A DNA stretch of 64,000 nucleotides from Actinomycetota bacterium (lineage in GTDB: Bacteria > Actinomycetota > UBA4738 > HRBIN12): the NCBI GenBank assembly GCA_050692435.1, contig JBOGVG010000103.1, forward strand, positions 2,897-66,896, read 5' to 3'. Position 1 is the first letter of the stretch, and every line of letters starts with the position of its first letter. Made by a program: the position numbers and the translations under genes. Of the stretch, positions 36,936-45,216 are shown in pieces. The notes under the pieces are model-generated. The model worked only from the letters and a program-made list of their open reading frames with translations. It was not told the DNA's origin and did no database searches.

Positions 36936-37873
36936 GCGAGCGGATTGCCGTCCTGGCCGGTGGGCGCTCTCCGGAGCGGGAGGTCTCGCTCCGGTCCGGA
37001 CACCGGGTGATGACGGCCCTCGTGTCCAAGGGGTACGACGCCTTCGTCCTCGACCCGGCCGAGGAGCCCCTCGTTGAACTCCTTTCCGCTGCAAGGGTTT
37101 CCGCGTGTTACGTGGCCCTCCATGGCAAGGAGGGAGAGGACGGCACGGTCCAGCGGCTCATCGAGCTCCTCGGGATCCCGTACACGGGCACGCAGCCGCT
37201 CGCCTGCCACGTCACGTTCGACAAGGTCCTGGCGAAGGAGGCGCTCGCTCGCGCCGGCGTGTCGACGCCGCCCTGGGTGACGGTGGAGGCCTCCGCGCTC
37301 CGCGACCTGTCGGCCGGACCGATCCTCCACAGCGTGGCGGAACGGGTCGGCCTCCCGGCCGTGGTCAAGCCGTCGAGAGCAGGATCCGCCATGGGTCTTT
37401 CGTTCGCCGAGCGGGAGAGCGACCTGCCCAGCGCGGTCATGAGCGCGCTCTCGTTCGCCGACGCAGTCGTGGTCGAGCGGAAGATCGAGGGGGCCGAGGT
37501 CGCCGCGGCCATGGTGGGGTCGCCCGACGAACCGCTGCCACTGGTCGAGATCGTCCCGAAGTCCGGGGTGTTCGACTACGCCGCCCGGTACACGGCTGGG
37601 GCTACCGAGTACTACGCGCCGGCACGCGTGTCCCCCGAGGTGGCGGCGGCCTGCCATCGACAGGCCGCCCTAGCCTTCCGGACGCTCGGGCTTCGGGACG
37701 TGAGCCGGGCGGACATCATGATCGACTCCCGGGGCATGCCATGGGTCGTCGACGTCAATGTCTCCCCCGGCATGACCGACACCAGCCTCCTGCCCATGTC
37801 GGCCCAGTCCGCGGGGATCCCCTTCCCCGACCTCTGCGAACGGATCCTGCATCTCGCCTTGGCCCGGGCCTGA
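36932..37873 (+). CDS. ddl: D-alanine--D-alanine ligase
   Basis: IAVLAGGRSPEREVSLRSG, LHGKEGEDGTVQ, VVKPSRAGSAMG and the ATP-grasp C-terminus VNVSPGMT. ATGA overlap with the upstream gene. Confidence 0.9.
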   Translation: MSERIAVLAGGRSPEREVSLRSGHRVMTALVSKGYDAFVLDPAEEPLVELLSAARVSACYVALHGKEGEDGTVQRLIELLGIPYTGTQPLACHVTFDKVLAKEALARAGVSTPPWVTVEASALRDLSAGPILHSVAERVGLPAVVKPSRAGSAMGLSFAERESDLPSAVMSALSFADAVVVERKIEGAEVAAAMVGSPDEPLPLVEIVPKSGVFDYAARYTAGATEYYAPARVSPEVAAACHRQAALAFRTLGLRDVSRADIMIDSRGMPWVVDVNVSPGMTDTSLLPMSAQSAGIPFPDLCERILHLALARA

Positions 37874-37890
37874 CCGACGGCTCGGTCAGG
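37869..37890. terminator. Hairpin CCTGACCGA-CGGC-TCGGTCAGG between convergent ddl and parB
   Basis: A 9-bp perfect stem, read directly. It overlaps the ddl stop and has no T-tract, which is common in high-GC actinobacteria. Confidence 0.45.
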
Positions 37891-37942
37891 ACCGGGTGGT
37901 GATGCGTGTTGGGCATTCGAAGTGAACGCGCCGCCGGCCAGC

Positions 37943-38818
37943 TCAGTCGGGGGCGAGACCTGGGCCCGAGCCGATGATCTCCGAGACGATCCGATCCAGG
38001 TCGTCCGCCGAGCCAAACTCGATCACGATGCGGCCCCGCTTCTTCGTCATCTGGATATTCACCCGTGTCGCGAGCTGTTCGGACAGGATCTCCTCGACTT
38101 CCACGAGCGAGGTCTGCTCCGGCACGGACTCGAGCCTGGGCGGCCGGGCCTCCGCCACCGGTTGGTCCACGTAGCGGCGGACCACCTCCTCGACCTCGCG
38201 CACAGACAGGTCCTCGGCGGCGGCACGCAGGGCCAGGCCCCGCTGAGCCTCGCCGTCGCCCAGGGCCAGGAGTGCTCGCCCGTGGCCGGCCTGGATCCTT
38301 TGCTCCGCCAGCAGTTGTTGGACCTCCGAGGGCAGGCCGAGCAGCCGGATCGTGTTGGCCACGTGTGACCGGGAAACGCCCAGTCGCTCCGCCAGCGTCT
38401 CCTGCTTCAGCCCCAGCTCCTCCAGGAGCTCCCGGAACGCCTCGGCCAGCTCGATGGGGTTCAGGTCCTCCCGGTGGATGTTCTCGATCAGGGCCTCGCG
38501 AAGCGATTCCGAGTCGTCGCTCTCCCGCACGACCGCTGGGACGGTGGCCAGACCGGCGAGCCTCGCGGCACGCAGACGGCGCTCCCCCGCGATCAGCTCG
38601 AACTCGCCGCCCACCCTCCGAACCACAATGGGCTGGAGGACGCCCACCTCCCGGATCGAGACGGCCAGGGCCTCAAGCGACTCGTCCTCGAACATCGTCC
38701 GAGGCTGGCGCGGGTTGGGGGCGACGGCCCCCACTGGGATCTCCAGTAGCCCGGCCCCCTCCTCCACCGCCCCCGGGATCAGCGCGGATAGCCCGCGCCC
38801 CAGCCCACCACGCTTCAT
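37943..38818 (-). CDS. parB: Chromosome partitioning protein ParB
   Basis: GLGRGLSALI, the CTP/ParB box LIAGERRLRAA and the HTH LAERLGVSRSHVANTIRLL. The start is MKRGGLG, which overlaps the parA stop. Confidence 0.95.
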   Translation of the reverse strand: MKRGGLGRGLSALIPGAVEEGAGLLEIPVGAVAPNPRQPRTMFEDESLEALAVSIREVGVLQPIVVRRVGGEFELIAGERRLRAARLAGLATVPAVVRESDDSESLREALIENIHREDLNPIELAEAFRELLEELGLKQETLAERLGVSRSHVANTIRLLGLPSEVQQLLAEQRIQAGHGRALLALGDGEAQRGLALRAAAEDLSVREVEEVVRRYVDQPVAEARPPRLESVPEQTSLVEVEEILSEQLATRVNIQMTKKRGRIVIEFGSADDLDRIVSEIIGSGPGLAPD

Positions 38819-40152
38819 CACTGCCCTCCTCTGCGGAACAGGCTCCAACGGTGCTTGGAAGGCCCCTCACCGGCCTGGTCCGCCGCCCGCTCCTCGTCGG
38901 CCCGATCCTCGTCTTCGTTCGAGTCGATCACGACATCCGCAGGCTCAGTGGCCTGAGCCGGCCGCTTCCCCACTCGCGAGGGTGAGACCTCCGGGTCCGC
39001 ACCCTCACCGTCTCCCGACCCTCGATCTCCAGTTGGAGATGAGACCGGCGCGACTGCGGCCTGGGCGGTGGCCAAACTCTCCATCCCCTCCTCGACGAGA
39101 GGCTCCCCGCCACTGGTCTCCTCCTCGATCTCCACGTGATCAGGACTGAGCTCGCCCTCGTCGAGGGCCCGATCGTCCCCTTCGGAGGGCGTACGGAGGG
39201 GGTGGGGTGCCGTCATCACCTGCGGCTCCGGAGGGGGCACGACGACCGTGGGCAGATGGTCCAGCGCGGGAATGGCCCGATCCGACGGCTTCTTCTCCAC
39301 GACTTCGTGCGCCAGGTCCCGGTAGCTCGCGGCCCCTCGGGATTTGGGGTCGTACACCGTGATGGGCAGCCCGAACCCCGGAGCCTCCGAGAGCCGAACC
39401 GTCCTCGGAATGATGCTGTCATACACGCGGTCACCGAAGTACTTCCTGACCTCCTCCACCACCTGCTCGGAGAGCTTTGTCCGGGGGTCATACATGGTCA
39501 TCACGATGCCCGTCAGCCGAAGGCCCGGGTTCACGTTCTGCTGAACCAGGCGGACGTTCTTGATGAGCTGCCCCAGGCCCTCCAGGGCGTAGTACTCGCA
39601 CTGGATGGGCACGATGAGCTCCTCGGCAGCCGCGAGCGCGTTCACGGTCAGCAGCCCGAGGGATGGAGGGCAGTCAAGCAGGACGAAGTCGAACCCGCGG
39701 TCCTTCAGCGGTTCCATGGCCTTTCGGAGCTTGAGCTCCCGGGAGAACTGGCTGACCAGCTCGATCTCCGCCCCGGCGAGGTCGATCGTGGACGGGATGG
39801 CGTACAGGCCGGCCAGGGGGGTCTCCACGATGGCCTGTTCGATGGGGGCCCCGTCCGCCAGCACGTCGTACACGGTGACCGCCCGAGCCTCGTGGCGGAT
39901 CCCCAGACCGGTTGAGGCGTTTCCCTGGGGATCCAGATCCACGACCAGCACCCGACGGCCCAACTCGGCTAGGGCCGCCCCAAGGCTTACGGCGGTCGTG
40001 CTCTTACCTACGCCGCCCTTCTGGTTCGCCACGGCGATGACCCTGGTGGGGCGGGTTTCCGGCTCGGAGCCGGGGACATGGGCTCTGTTCGAGGTTGGCT
40101 TCATCTCAGATCGGCTCGGCTGGGACGGTGGAGCGGCCGTCGTTTCGGCCAT
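38818..40152 (-). CDS. parA: Chromosome partitioning ATPase ParA/Soj with ~155-aa acidic C-terminal extension
   Basis: Deviant Walker A NQKGGVGKST, with the ParA core ending near SYRDLAHEVVEKK (about aa 288). The remaining sequence to aa 444 is a P/E/D/A-rich tail. Confidence 0.9.
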   Translation of the reverse strand: MAETTAAPPSQPSRSEMKPTSNRAHVPGSEPETRPTRVIAVANQKGGVGKSTTAVSLGAALAELGRRVLVVDLDPQGNASTGLGIRHEARAVTVYDVLADGAPIEQAIVETPLAGLYAIPSTIDLAGAEIELVSQFSRELKLRKAMEPLKDRGFDFVLLDCPPSLGLLTVNALAAAEELIVPIQCEYYALEGLGQLIKNVRLVQQNVNPGLRLTGIVMTMYDPRTKLSEQVVEEVRKYFGDRVYDSIIPRTVRLSEAPGFGLPITVYDPKSRGAASYRDLAHEVVEKKPSDRAIPALDHLPTVVVPPPEPQVMTAPHPLRTPSEGDDRALDEGELSPDHVEIEEETSGGEPLVEEGMESLATAQAAVAPVSSPTGDRGSGDGEGADPEVSPSRVGKRPAQATEPADVVIDSNEDEDRADEERAADQAGEGPSKHRWSLFRRGGQ

Positions 40153-40222
40153 CGGCCGGGCTATGGGCCCCCGATGACCCCGGTCGCCCCAGTCAGCGCC
40201 CCGGGGGGCACCTGTGGCTCGG

Positions 40223-40819
40223 TCACTGACGGGTCATGATAACCAGCGGCCCCGCGCTTGCAAGTACGGGCGTGCCTACCAGCCGCGATACGGCGCCCGC
40301 CGGTAGAGAAATGGCCGAGGGCGTCGCCCCCCGGCCGGCGAAGTAGACCAGCTTGCCCCCTGGTCGAAGGAGGTTCCTCGCGAGGTTCCAGGCGGTCGGA
40401 AGCGGGGAGAGGGCTCGGGCGAAGCAGATGTCCACAGGGTCGACGAGCACTTCCGCTCGACCGATCCATACGACGACGTTGGCCAGGGCCAGGCTGGCGG
40501 CGGCGAACTCGAGGAAGGCGCCTCGCCGCCGCTGCGTCTCCACCAGGAGCACCCGGAGGGCGGGACGGGCGATGGCGACCACGATCCCGGGGAGCCCGGC
40601 CCCCGAGCCCAGGTCGTACGCGTCCCGATCGGAAGGCTCCACGACGGCGGCCGCCCGCAGGCAGTCCAGTATGTGCCGGGGCCGGAGCTTGGGGAGGTCA
40701 CCCTTGGCCACGAACCCAAGGGGCACCGCTCGGTCCCTGAGAAGACCTTCGAACCGGAGGAGCCGCTCGGCCTGGTCCGGAGTGAGGCTCACCCCGAGGG
40801 TCGCAGCCTGGCCGACCAT
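40223..40819 (-). CDS. rsmG: 16S rRNA (guanine527-N7)-methyltransferase
   Basis: DLGSGAGLPGIVVAIARP is the SAM motif. ATG 40819 (with AAGGAG upstream) is preferred. The track start at 40852 is the GTG in the centre of the parS palindrome. Confidence 0.85.
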   Translation of the reverse strand: MVGQAATLGVSLTPDQAERLLRFEGLLRDRAVPLGFVAKGDLPKLRPRHILDCLRAAAVVEPSDRDAYDLGSGAGLPGIVVAIARPALRVLLVETQRRRGAFLEFAAASLALANVVVWIGRAEVLVDPVDICFARALSPLPTAWNLARNLLRPGGKLVYFAGRGATPSAISLPAGAVSRLVGTPVLASAGPLVIMTRQ

Positions 40820-40844
40820 TTCGGCCGGGTCTCCTTGGGGGCGT

Positions 40845-40860
40845 TGTTTCACGTGAAACG
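40845..40860. promoter_or_regulatory. parS centromere site TGTTTCACGTGAAACG
   Basis: 15/16 match to the consensus TGTTTCACGTGAAACA, with a perfect 14-bp palindromic core GTTTCACGTGAAAC. Confidence 0.85.
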
Positions 40861-40890
40861 CAACCCTTAGGGCCGGACCCGTGGGGCGCC

Positions 40891-41556
40891 TCAGGCCCGA
40901 GGCCGGATGACCACCCGCCGCTCCGGCTCCTCACCCCGGCTGGAGCTTTCAACCCCCGCCACGCCCGAGACGGCGTCGTGCACCACCTTCCGCTCGTAGG
41001 GGTTCATCGGCTCCAGCTCCTCCTCCCGCCCCGTCCGGGCCACCCTCTTGGCGATGTCGCGGGCCTTGGAGGCGAGCCGCGACCGCTGCCGCTTCTTGTA
41101 GTCCTCCACGTCCACGATCACCCGCGATCGCAGCCCGGTGCGGTGCCCAATCACGACCCTGGTCAGCTCCTGGAGCGCCTCCAACGTCTGCCCATGTCGC
41201 CCGATCAGCAACCCCATGTCCTCATCGTCCGGCCCCGTCCCTAGGACGTTCACGTACATCGTCCCCCCCTGCAGCTCCGGCTCGACGCCGGTGGTCAGGC
41301 CCATCCGGGAGAGCAACCCCTCGATGAACTCCGCGGCGATCTCCCCCTGGTCCTCGAGCTCGTCCTCCGAAACGGCGTCGGGGTGAGTCCTCAGCTTGAC
41401 CCGGACCACGGCGTCCTGGGCCCCGACTCCCAGGAACCCGGTCCTTGGCTCTTGGACGATCTGCACCGCGACTTCCTGCTCGCTCGCACCGAGATCGGCC
41501 AGGGCGGCCTCGACGGCCTCCTCAACGCTTGGGGCGCTTCTTTCGACTTCCTCCAT
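40891..41556 (-). CDS. jag: Jag/KhpB-type RNA-binding protein (Jag_N, KH, R3H)
   Basis: R3H motif EPMNPYERKVVHDAV and KH-like LIGRHGQTLEALQEL. The start is MEEVERS (cat 41554-41556), which overlaps the yidC 3' end by 35 nt. Confidence 0.85.
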   Translation of the reverse strand: MEEVERSAPSVEEAVEAALADLGASEQEVAVQIVQEPRTGFLGVGAQDAVVRVKLRTHPDAVSEDELEDQGEIAAEFIEGLLSRMGLTTGVEPELQGGTMYVNVLGTGPDDEDMGLLIGRHGQTLEALQELTRVVIGHRTGLRSRVIVDVEDYKKRQRSRLASKARDIAKRVARTGREEELEPMNPYERKVVHDAVSGVAGVESSSRGEEPERRVVIRPRA

Positions 41557-42610
41557 CGCGTCCTCCCGGACCGGGCCTCTTCGGCGGCTGCTTGGGCGAT
41601 CCCGGCTTCGACGTCCCGCCCGGCTTCGCCCCGCCCTGCCCAGCACGGCGCTGACGCTCCGCGTCAGCCCGCTCCATCAGCGACGCCAACAGGCCCCTCC
41701 GGGGCTGCTTCCCATCCGCCCGGGCCGCCAACTCCTCGACGGAAGGGCGGGTCCTCACCATGAAGTATTGCTGGCCGATCTGCCACAGGTTCGACGTGCT
41801 CCAGTACAGCACCAGGGCCACGGGGAAGAAGATCCCGAACACCCCGAATACCAGCGGCATCACCCGGAGAAGGGCCTGCTGCTGCTGGGAGGCGGCCCCC
41901 GGTGGGCTGGCCTTCTGCATCTGCCGCTGTTGGAAATAGGTGGTGCCAAACATGAGCGCCGCGGCGATGTAGTACGGGATGCGCACCGGCCAATCCTGGC
42001 CGCAGTCGACCGGGTAGCTCACCTGCACACGCTCGTCTCCATCGGGCACGGAGTCGCCGACCTCGGCATTGGGGTTGCCCGCCTGCGAGGGCGCGCACAG
42101 CAGGTTCATCCACAGGAAGTCCGTCCCCGACCTCGGCTGCGCCTCTTCCGGGATCTGGTCGATCTGGTCCATCGACTCGATGTTCGGGACCTGCCTGGTG
42201 ACGGCGGCCCGGAGCTCGCTCCCCTCCGGGAGGTGGATGGGGTGCTGGGGGAACCGCAACACCGAGTACATCGAGATGAAGATGGGGAGCTGGAGCAGGA
42301 CGGGCCAGCACCCTGAGAGCGGGCTCACCCCGTGCTCCTTGTACACCTTCATGATCTCTTCCTGCTGTTTCTGCTTGTTGCCCTTGTAGCGCTGCTGGAT
42401 GGCCTTGATCTTGGGCTGGACGAGCTGCATATGCTGCATGGATCGGATCTGCTTCACGCCCAGAGGAAGCAGCACCAGTCGGATCAGCAATGTGAGCACG
42501 ATGATGGTGACCCCGTAGTTGGGGATCAGGTCGTAGATCTCCGCAAGGACCCAGCCCAAGCCGTCGAGCAGGGCCTGCCAGGCCGGCGACCAAGGAACGG
42601 CGCCGATCAC
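41522..42610 (-). CDS. yidC: Membrane protein insertase YidC
   Basis: GVTIIVLTLLIRLVLLPL...QPKIKAIQQRYKGN...GCWPVLLQLPIF, with a basic C-terminal tail. The GTG start overlaps the yidD stop. Confidence 0.9.
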   Translation of the reverse strand: MIGAVPWSPAWQALLDGLGWVLAEIYDLIPNYGVTIIVLTLLIRLVLLPLGVKQIRSMQHMQLVQPKIKAIQQRYKGNKQKQQEEIMKVYKEHGVSPLSGCWPVLLQLPIFISMYSVLRFPQHPIHLPEGSELRAAVTRQVPNIESMDQIDQIPEEAQPRSGTDFLWMNLLCAPSQAGNPNAEVGDSVPDGDERVQVSYPVDCGQDWPVRIPYYIAAALMFGTTYFQQRQMQKASPPGAASQQQQALLRVMPLVFGVFGIFFPVALVLYWSTSNLWQIGQQYFMVRTRPSVEELAARADGKQPRRGLLASLMERADAERQRRAGQGGAKPGGTSKPGSPKQPPKRPGPGGRDGGSRKKRPKR

Positions 42611-42927
42611 CCACTCACCTCGGAACGTTCGGTCGTGTGTATGACATCCTCATACGGCACCCGGTGGGGTCGCCGCGCCGGTACCGGGTCGAGTCCTCCG
42701 TTGGTGAACGGCCCGCACCGCGCCACCCTCCACCCGGCCAGCATCACTCCGCGCGCGGCGCCGTGGGCCCGGATGGCCTCCTCCGCGTAGCGCGAGCAGG
42801 ACGGGTAGAACTTGCACTGGCCTCCCAACCACGCCGAGAGCGTGAGTCGGTACAGGCGGATCAGCCCGATCAGCGCGACCCGGGCCGGCGCGCCCGCCAC
42901 CCACATCGAACGCCGAAGGGTGATCAC
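42607..42927 (-). CDS. yidD: Membrane protein insertion efficiency factor YidD
   Basis: LIRLYRLTLSAWLGGQCKFYPSCSRYAEEAIRAHG...GLDPVP. The start is GTG 42927, overlapping the rnpA stop (GTGA), or alternatively ATG 42906. Confidence 0.85.
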   Translation of the reverse strand: MITLRRSMWVAGAPARVALIGLIRLYRLTLSAWLGGQCKFYPSCSRYAEEAIRAHGAARGVMLAGWRVARCGPFTNGGLDPVPARRPHRVPYEDVIHTTERSEVSG

Positions 42928-43310
42928 GGCCCGATCACACGCGCGCGCACAAGCAGCTCTTCCATCTCGGCCATCAGATCCCGCGTCTTGGCCCCGCGGA
43001 TGACTCCCCGGGCAACAATGGCGACGTCGTATCCCTCCCGAACCCGCGGCGCGAGCTCCCGCCACGGGGCCCTCAGGATGCGCCGGGCCCGATTCCGCAT
43101 GACCGCCCCGCCCACCCGCCGCCCCGCGACGAACGCCACGTTCCCCGACCCGGGCGCGACAAACACTACCATCCGTGCTCCACGAACCGGGCTCCCGGTA
43201 GCGAGGAGCCCGCCGACGCTCCACCCGTTCGTGGCCCTTGCTCCGCGCCTACGCTGACAGCCGTGCCCTGCCCTTGGTCCGGCGGCGGGCCAGGATGGCG
43301 CGCCCCCCAC
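42924..43310 (-). CDS. rnpA: RNase P protein component (start uncertain, likely overlaps rpmH)
   Basis: [23 protein letters not shown] is the RNR motif region. After the rpmH stop the only in-frame start is ATG 43172, which would delete the conserved N-terminal segment. An in-frame GTG at 43310 gives 128 aa. Confidence 0.7.
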   Translation of the reverse strand: MGGAPSWPAAGPRAGHGCQRRRGARATNGWSVGGLLATGSPVRGARMVVFVAPGSGNVAFVAGRRVGGAVMRNRARRILRAPWRELAPRVREGYDVAIVARGVIRGAKTRDLMAEMEELLVRARVIGP

Positions 43311-43386
43311 GCGTCCGCATCCGCGCGCGGAACCCGTGGGTCTTCTTGCGCCTGCGGTTGTTGGGCTGGAACGTTCGCTTGGACAT
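43249..43386 (-). CDS. rpmH: 50S ribosomal protein L34
   Basis: [45 protein letters not shown]. Confidence 0.97.
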   Translation of the reverse strand: MSKRTFQPNNRRRKKTHGFRARMRTRGGRAILARRRTKGRARLSA

Positions 43387-43511
43387 AGCCTCTTTCCGGG
43401 CCGACAAAGCCGGCTCGGACGCCGGCCGGCGTGAGTATACGAGAGCGCATCGGCGCAGGGCAAAGAGCGTCCAAACAGAAAGTGCGCCAAAAGGGCCCGC
43501 ATCGGACCCCT

Positions 43512-43637
43512 TGTGGAAAAGCCCGGTGCTATAGTGCGCGGCGCTTCCCCCTGGCGGCCCCGCCGAGATCCCCATCCGCGGGGCCGTTTCCCCTTCCCCC
43601 AAGGTTTTCCACACCTGTGGAAAGGGTCTGTGGATAT
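43512..43637. promoter_or_regulatory. DnaA-box cluster (4 boxes) in the rpmH-dnaA intergenic region; candidate oriC and/or dnaA autoregulatory region
   Basis: TTTTCCACA (43512-43520, minus), TTTTCCACA (43605-43613, plus), CTTTCCACA (43616-43624, minus) and ATATCCACA (43629-43637, minus), against the consensus TTATCCACA. Boxes 2 and 3 form the inverted repeat TTTCCACA-CC-TGTGGAAA. Confidence 0.65.
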
Positions 43638-45017
43638 ATGGCGGTAGCATCCTTCGCCGAAGCGGCTGAGCGCACCTGGGCCCGGGTCGTGGACCGGGCC
43701 CGCCAGGAACTGCCCGAGAGTTCTTTCTCGATGTGGTTCGTCGGCGTTCGCGCGACCAGCCTGCACGACGGGGTCCTGGAGGTGGTCGCACCCTCCGAGT
43801 ACGTCCGCGACCGCCTGGCCAAGAATTACCTCGACCTCATCCAGGCGGCCGCCGCAGACGCCCTCGGCCATCCGATCCAGATCCACCTCGGCTCCGACCC
43901 CGAGCCGGTCCGCCCGCCCCTCGGCGAGCCGTCGCCTCCCTCCCCAACCCGTCACGATGCCACCGCGGCGGCGCAGCTCGGGGCACCCGGACTCCCGTTC
44001 CCCAACTACACCTTTGAGACCTTCGTGGCCGGTCCGAGCAATCGGTTCGCTCATGCCGCCGCAATGGCGGTCGCCGAGTCTCCTCCCTCCAAGGCGTACA
44101 ACCCACTGTTCATCTACGGGGGGGTGGGCCTGGGCAAGACCCATCTCCTCGTGGCCATCGGCCATCACATGCACCGGCTCGCTCCGAACCTCCGCGTGAA
44201 GTACGTCACGTCCGAGAGCTTCATGGCCGAGTTCATCAAGGCCGTCCGGGAGCGCCAGGGCTACCAGTTCGCGGCCCGGCACCGCGACGTCCACGTGCTG
44301 ATGGTTGACGACATCCAGTTCCTGGCCAAGCGGGAGGAGACCCAGACCGAGTTCTTCCACACGTTCAATGCGTTGCACGAGAAGGAGCGGCAGATCGTGA
44401 TCGCTTCGGACCGCCCGCCCCAGGAGCTCGGCATGGAGGAGCGGCTCCAGAGCCGGTTCCGCCTTGGGCTCTGCGTCGATGTGCAGCCGCCCGACCTGGA
44501 GACCCGCATCGCCATCCTGCAACTGAAGGCGCAGCGGGAGGCGGTGCATCTCCCCGAGGATGTCATCGAGTTCATGGCCTCCAAGTTCGACCAGAGCGTC
44601 CGGGAGCTCGAGGGCGCACTGGTGCGGGTGGTGGCGTGGAGCGACCTCACGGGGCAGCCCATCTCGCTCGACCTAGCCGACCACGCTCTCGAAGACCTCC
44701 TGCCCCAGGCCGAGGCGGAGATCCCGCCGCAGCTCATCCTGGAAGAGACGGCCCGGTACTACAGCCTGGCCGTCGCGGACCTCGTCTCGAAGAGCCGATC
44801 CCGTCCGCTCACCAATGCCCGTCACGTCGCCATGTACCTGGTCCGCGAGTGCACCGGGATGACCCTCCCGAAGATCGGCGAACTCTTCGACCGGGACCAC
44901 ACCACCGCCCTGCACGGGATCAACAAGATCGACAAGAACCTGCGAGACCGCGAGCTTGTGTACCGGCAGGTGCAGGATCTGTCCCGGATCATCCGGAACA
45001 GGTCGAGGAGCCTGTGA
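43638..45017 (+). CDS. dnaA: Chromosomal replication initiator DnaA
   Basis: Walker [14 protein letters not shown]+ motifs, and the C-terminal DNA-binding domain [40 protein letters not shown]. The start is ATG 43638. Confidence 0.95.
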   Translation: MAVASFAEAAERTWARVVDRARQELPESSFSMWFVGVRATSLHDGVLEVVAPSEYVRDRLAKNYLDLIQAAAADALGHPIQIHLGSDPEPVRPPLGEPSPPSPTRHDATAAAQLGAPGLPFPNYTFETFVAGPSNRFAHAAAMAVAESPPSKAYNPLFIYGGVGLGKTHLLVAIGHHMHRLAPNLRVKYVTSESFMAEFIKAVRERQGYQFAARHRDVHVLMVDDIQFLAKREETQTEFFHTFNALHEKERQIVIASDRPPQELGMEERLQSRFRLGLCVDVQPPDLETRIAILQLKAQREAVHLPEDVIEFMASKFDQSVRELEGALVRVVAWSDLTGQPISLDLADHALEDLLPQAEAEIPPQLILEETARYYSLAVADLVSKSRSRPLTNARHVAMYLVRECTGMTLPKIGELFDRDHTTALHGINKIDKNLRDRELVYRQVQDLSRIIRNRSRSL

Positions 45018-45147
45018 CCTCCGCTGGGGAAACCGTGGGACTTCCTGTGCGGTGCCGCGCGGCGCTCAGGGCCCGTGCACCCGTCTCCCCACGCCCCACA
45101 CATGTCGGACCCACGCGATACGCTCGGCGCATGGCCCCGATATCCCC

Positions 45148-45156
45148 GTTTCCACA
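45148..45156 (+). promoter_or_regulatory. Single DnaA box GTTTCCACA in the dnaA-dnaN spacer
   Basis: 8/9 match to the consensus. The spacer (45018-45216) also holds the comparatively AT-richer stretch CTACTACCACTACATGAAGAAGAACCACCAAGAAGAAG. Confidence 0.4.
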
Positions 45157-45216
45157 GGCCCTACTACCACTACATGAAGAAGAACCACCAAGAAGAAGCA
45201 GCGGGGAGGGAGACAC

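Noticed and set aside
40850-40852. GTG start of rsmG as given by the ORF track.
   Set aside because: This GTG is the centre of the parS palindrome. The downstream ATG 40819, with AAGGAG upstream, is more plausible.
42924-44549. 541-aa minus-strand ORF spanning rnpA, rpmH, the origin region and half of dnaA.
   Set aside because: Only its last ~128 codons (rnpA) look real. The rest runs antisense to dnaA and across DnaA boxes with no protein-like features.
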